This document shows, one piece after another, positions 60,036 to 64,000 of a DNA stretch of 64,000 nucleotides (positions are counted from its first letter, which is position 1; every line of letters begins with the position of its first letter). The position numbers and the translations under genes are program-made. This DNA comes from Candidatus Omnitrophota bacterium. Lineage in GTDB: Bacteria > Omnitrophota > Gorgyraeia > Duberdicusellales > 4484-171. The stretch spans positions 20,066-84,065 of the forward strand of contig JAHKAJ010000014.1 of NCBI GenBank assembly GCA_018826075.1. The letters are read 5' to 3'. Under the pieces are notes generated by a model. It was not told the DNA's origin. It ran no database searches and saw nothing but the letters and a program-made list of their open reading frames with translations.

Positions 60036-61364
60036 TTAACGGCGGATTCGTAAATTTTTAGGAAGGCTGATCGAAAAAGTAGTCCCTTCATCAACCTTAG
60101 ACTCGACTTCTATCTTTCCGCCGTGCATTTCAACGATATCCTTAACGATCGATAAACCTAAACCGGTTCCCTTAACTCCTTCTTTCAAACTGCTTTCCAG
60201 ACGGCTGAAACGGTTAAACAGGCGGCTTAAGTCTTCTCCGGGAATGCCGATACCGGTATCGGCAATCTTAATTTTAACATCGCTATCAGCATCTTCCAGC
60301 TTTATTTTAATCTTTCCCTTGGGTTTATTATACTTAACCGCATTATCAATAAAATTAGTTATTACTTCATAAAGCTTGTCTTCATCTCCCCAAATCTCTA
60401 TTTTTTTATCGGTAAGGATTCCCTTGATTTCAAGGCCTTTTTTTTCAATCAAAGGCAAAAAAGTATCAGTAGCTGATTTTACCATATTGGTTATATCAAA
60501 TAGTGTCCGTTTCATGTGGTGCAAACCGGCCTCAGCTTTGGAAAAATCCAATAAATCATCAATTAAACCGTTTAGACGCCGGATATTTTGTGATGCCAAA
60601 TTCAATAACTTCTTCTGTTTTTCGTTAATCGATCCGGTTATCTCATCTAAAACTAACCCTACTGATTCTTTAAGAGCAGTCAAGGGAGTACGCAATTCAT
60701 GCGATACGTTAGCGATAAATTCGGACCTTAAAACATCTAACTCTTTGGCGTCTTCCCGAAAACGTACATTGACTACAGCTATTGCTGACAAGTCAGCTAT
60801 CCGGTTCAATACATCTAAATCTTGCTCATTGAAAATTTCTCCGGATTCTTTATTATTAACATTAATAACCCCGATTACCTTATCGTAAACTTTCAAGGGA
60901 ACGCTTAATAAAGAGTCAGTACTATAACGGCCGCCTCTTTTGGGAAACCGAGGATCTTTGCTTATATCCTTGATTAAAAGCGATTGCCCGGTCTGGGCTA
61001 CCCAGCCAGATACACCTTCGCCCAGTTTAACTTTTGCATCTCTGATGATTTCCTTATCTAAACCTTTAGCGAACTTAATCAGCATCTCTCCGCTGCTTTT
61101 GCCCACCAGCATCAGCGAGACTATTTCCACTGACATCACTTCGGCAATCCTGTCGACCAGTATATTCAAAGCTTCTTCTAAGCCAGTCGAGCTTAAAACG
61201 TCACGATTAATTTCATAAGCCACTCTTAATTTAAAAAATTCTTCTTCTAGAGAATCACGGCTTTTGTCTCTAAGCTCGCCCTTCAATCGGCTGAAATTAC
61301 CCGAAGAATCTCTCTGAGATTTTTTTCCTTTGATAAGATTAATTAACCAGTTGTTCAGCGCCAT
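60036..61364 (-). CDS. cytoplasmic GAF sensor histidine kinase
   Basis: GAF domain, SHELRTPL, NAVKY, DTGIG and GTGLGL. Confidence 0.92.
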   Translation of the reverse strand: MALNNWLINLIKGKKSQRDSSGNFSRLKGELRDKSRDSLEEEFFKLRVAYEINRDVLSSTGLEEALNILVDRIAEVMSVEIVSLMLVGKSSGEMLIKFAKGLDKEIIRDAKVKLGEGVSGWVAQTGQSLLIKDISKDPRFPKRGGRYSTDSLLSVPLKVYDKVIGVINVNNKESGEIFNEQDLDVLNRIADLSAIAVVNVRFREDAKELDVLRSEFIANVSHELRTPLTALKESVGLVLDEITGSINEKQKKLLNLASQNIRRLNGLIDDLLDFSKAEAGLHHMKRTLFDITNMVKSATDTFLPLIEKKGLEIKGILTDKKIEIWGDEDKLYEVITNFIDNAVKYNKPKGKIKIKLEDADSDVKIKIADTGIGIPGEDLSRLFNRFSRLESSLKEGVKGTGLGLSIVKDIVEMHGGKIEVESKVDEGTTFSISLPKNLRIRR

Positions 61365-61368
61365 AAGA

Positions 61369-61740
61369 TCAGCCTCCTGTTAATTCTTTGATTTTTGCCA
61401 GTAAGGCCTTAGGTTCAAATGGCTTGACTATATAACTGTCAGCTCCGACATCCTGGCCCATCTTTTTATCTGATTCTTGAGCCCGGGCCGTAAAAAGAAT
61501 TATCGGAATTTTTTTATACTTCTCGTCAAATTTAAGCATCCGGCAAACCTTATAACCGTCTATTTTCGGCAGCATCAAATCAAGGATTATCAGGTCCGGT
61601 TTCTCCTTCCTGGCTTTATCCAAAGCTTCCTGGCCGTCAAAAGCCGATAAAACTTCATACCCGTTAGCTTCCAAACGCATCTTTACTAACTCAACTAAAG
61701 CCTGTTCATCATCAACCACTAAAATTCTTTTTTTGCTCAT
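61369..61740 (-). CDS. single-domain response regulator
   Basis: VVDDE, DLMLP, TA and KPF. Confidence 0.93.
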   Translation of the reverse strand: MSKKRILVVDDEQALVELVKMRLEANGYEVLSAFDGQEALDKARKEKPDLIILDLMLPKIDGYKVCRMLKFDEKYKKIPIILFTARAQESDKKMGQDVGADSYIVKPFEPKALLAKIKELTGG

Positions 61741-61742
61741 CG

Positions 61743-62138
61743 TCAGATATCCTCCCTGACTATTGTTTTTTCAGCCATACCTAAAGCCGCTCTCAAAGCT
61801 TGCTGAGAATCAGAATAAGCGCTAATTTTAGGAACGAAGGCAATTACACCCAAATTTTCGGCTCCTTTAATTGACTTTTCATCAGAATAAGCAGTAAACA
61901 TAATTACCGGAATATCGCGATTAATCTTTCTTAAAGCTTTTAAGGTGACTAAACCGTTTTTTTTTGGCATTAAGTAATCAAGTACCACAATGTCCGGTTT
62001 TCCGGAATTTACAATTTCCAAGGCCCGATCCCCATCAAGAGCAGTTAGCAAATCATAGCCCCAACTTTCAATTCTTGTACCAATTGTCTCTAAAATATCT
62101 TGTTCATCATCTGCTAATAAAACCCTTAAGCCACTCAT
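61743..62138 (-). CDS. single-domain response regulator
   Basis: LADDE, DYLMP, TA and PK. Confidence 0.9.
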   Translation of the reverse strand: MSGLRVLLADDEQDILETIGTRIESWGYDLLTALDGDRALEIVNSGKPDIVVLDYLMPKKNGLVTLKALRKINRDIPVIMFTAYSDEKSIKGAENLGVIAFVPKISAYSDSQQALRAALGMAEKTIVREDI

Positions 62139-62191
62139 GCCCCCTCCTGATTTGAGTTAAAAGCTACACCCTTTTGACTAATTTAAGAAAA

Positions 62192-62428
62192 TTAACCCAA
62201 TTTATCCCAAGGATTTGTTAAAATTTCCTCTATGGAAGTAACTAAACGGTCAATATTATTTTTAGTAATAGTAAGTAATTTTTTTTGCTTAGGGTTTAAT
62301 TTACCGGGAACCTCCTCTGCCACTAGAGACACAGCTTCCTTAATTACCGCTAATGGTGTCCGCACTTTGTGTTCAATTATGCTAACCAATTCATTTTTTA
62401 GCTTTTCTAAGTCAGATTTTTGGCTCAT
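62192..62428 (-). CDS. stand-alone HisKA (DHp) domain protein
   Basis: EHKVRTPLAVIKEAVSLVAEEVPGKLNPKQKKLL resembles the DHp of the neighbouring kinases; AAGGA RBS; no CA domain. Confidence 0.7.
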   Translation of the reverse strand: MSQKSDLEKLKNELVSIIEHKVRTPLAVIKEAVSLVAEEVPGKLNPKQKKLLTITKNNIDRLVTSIEEILTNPWDKLG

Positions 62429-62518
62429 CAGCAATTCCTTTCTTTTTTTCAACTACTATTATAAATAAACTGCTGGTTTACGCAAGGATATTTACAAATT
62501 TATCAAATAATACCCTGG

Positions 62519-63175
62519 TTAAAAGGAAAATTTCAGTTTTGTTCCTAGAACATGGGTGTCGTTCCATTGGTCTGACTTCTCGCTGGACTCCCAGAGGTGA
62601 TAGATCTCGCCGTCAAGATTTTTAAGGATTTTCAGGCTGAAGCCTGCGAAAAGACGGTTTTTGTTTAAAGTCTCAACGTCAAAATCATAAAAGATCTCAT
62701 CGGCTATATAGGGTTGGATTTCTAACTTAGTAAGTTTAAACGGCGCCTTAATGGTGAGTTTATTGCGGTAACGCCAAAAGTTATCAGCATCTTCCCGGTT
62801 ACGATACTCCAACCGCAGTTTATTGCCGAAAGCCACATCCCAAAGTTTCCATTTTACATCAGCGTTAAGGTTAGGCTGGTTTTCTACCTTCCAGCTGCCA
62901 CTCCTCTCTTCAGTGATGTGGCGATAGCTTAAAGTCAAATCCAGCCATTTAGCTAAACCGGAATAAGTAATCCCTAAATCCGAATGGCGGTAGTAAGGAT
63001 TTGAAGCATTATCGCCCCAGCGAAACTCCTGGTTGAAGCTTAACTTCCAGTTATCGTTTATTTTTTTAGAAACACTCTCATTGTTCCAATACTGAAAATC
63101 GCCATCATCAAAAGTCCAAGCGCAGACCGGAACGGTCAAAATGATTAAACCTAAAACAAAAACCCTTTGCACCAA
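62519..63175 (-). CDS. outer-membrane beta-barrel protein (DUF2490-like)
   Basis: Signal peptide, alternating beta strands, WRYRNKL, ADEIFY, NRLFAG and C-terminal F. Confidence 0.75.
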   Translation of the reverse strand: MVQRVFVLGLIILTVPVCAWTFDDGDFQYWNNESVSKKINDNWKLSFNQEFRWGDNASNPYYRHSDLGITYSGLAKWLDLTLSYRHITEERSGSWKVENQPNLNADVKWKLWDVAFGNKLRLEYRNREDADNFWRYRNKLTIKAPFKLTKLEIQPYIADEIFYDFDVETLNKNRLFAGFSLKILKNLDGEIYHLWESSEKSDQWNDTHVLGTKLKFSF

Positions 63176-63185
63176 CGCCTCCTTT

Positions 63186-64000
63186 CTACAGTGGTAAAGT
63201 GAATAAAAAAATAGTGCCTTTATCTACACCCTCGGATTCAGCCCAGATTTTTCCTTTATGTTCCTCGATAATATCTTTGCAAATCGCCAGGCCCAAACCG
63301 GTTCCCTCGATCTTACCGCTTCTGGCTATCCCCAGTTGTTCAAAAGAACGAAACAACTTAGGAATATCTTTTTCCTCTATGCCTATGCCAGTATCGACGA
63401 TTTTCACTTCGACAAATTCCGGTTTTTTCCCGGTAGAAATGGTAATCCGGCCCTTTTTGGTAAATTTAATGGCGTTACTGATCAAGTTTATCAACACCTG
63501 GGAAATTTTATCACGGTCAAATTTGAAACTGTTTAAATTCTCATCAAGCTTTAGGTCAATCTCCAACTCCTTACGTTCGGCCCAGGAAAGCATAGCCGTA
63601 TAAGTATCCCGGATCAGTTCATTTAGATCGTTATCTTTAAAGCGAAACTCCATTTTCCCGGCTTCCAGTTTCTGAAAATCTAAAACATCATCGATAAACT
63701 CTGCCAAACGATTTACGTTTTTAGTGGCAGTGGCTAAAAGCTCTTTTTGCTCACTGCTTACCTCACCGACTATCCCGTCAGAAACCATATTGATGCTGGT
63801 CTTAATCGCCGCCAGAGGCGTTCTTAGCTCGTGGGAGACCATCGAAACCAGATCCGACTTAAACTGCATGGCTTTAAGCAGTTCCTCTTCGACTTTTTTA
63901 CGTTCGAGGATCTCTTTCTGAAGCTTTAAAGTGCGTTCGTCAACTAAATCCTCAAGGTGCTCTTTGTATTTTTTAAGTTCGTCGGTCATCTCATTAAACA
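63186..64000 (-). CDS. sensor histidine kinase (5' end probably outside the window)
   Basis: LEDLVDERT S-helix, SHELRTPL, NAIKFT, DTGIG and GTGLGL; the frame stays open to the window edge (..FNEMTDEL, HAMP-like end). Confidence 0.9.
   Translation of the reverse strand, partial: FNEMTDELKKYKEHLEDLVDERTLKLQKEILERKKVEEELLKAMQFKSDLVSMVSHELRTPLAAIKTSINMVSDGIVGEVSSEQKELLATATKNVNRLAEFIDDVLDFQKLEAGKMEFRFKDNDLNELIRDTYTAMLSWAERKELEIDLKLDENLNSFKFDRDKISQVLINLISNAIKFTKKGRITISTGKKPEFVEVKIVDTGIGIEEKDIPKLFRSFEQLGIARSGKIEGTGLGLAICKDIIEEHKGKIWAESEGVDKGTIFLFTLPL

Overview
A dense, mostly minus-strand core-genome window from a diderm bacterium of moderate GC. Gene order and content suggest the PVC superphylum, most likely Ca. 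Omnitrophota; this is inference only. It holds the Kdo/Lpt block (rfaE1-kdsB-kdsA-kdsD-kdsC-lptC/A-lptB), tig-clpP-purA-hppA, five radical SAM genes, and the conserved run ispE-spoVG-tRNA-Gln-glmU-prs-rplY-pth-rpsF-ssb-rpsR-rplI-dnaB-bamA-skp-lpxD-lpxC/fabZ-lpxA-lpxI. It also has split transketolase, hisG, a nitrogen cluster (carB-DUF1846, GAF-ANTAR, glnA), and a type IV pilus operon preceded by two-component genes. Most notable: (1) a glutamine synthetase fused to an N-terminal Xis/MerR-like HTH, whose promoter carries two 14-bp palindromes 21 bp apart on the -35 and -10 boxes, suggesting a self-repressing enzyme; (2) an ANTAR-type antiterminator leader on carB; (3) a small GIY-YIG gene at the 3' end of tRNA-Gln, bracketed by related inverted hairpins; (4) GTAG-type REP palindromes translated in frame inside a radical SAM gene; (5) an orphan plus-strand sRNA candidate; (6) an unannotated 29-aa bS22/mS38-like ORF; (7) a stand-alone DHp protein with its own promoter. 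All calls were made by eye, without database searches.
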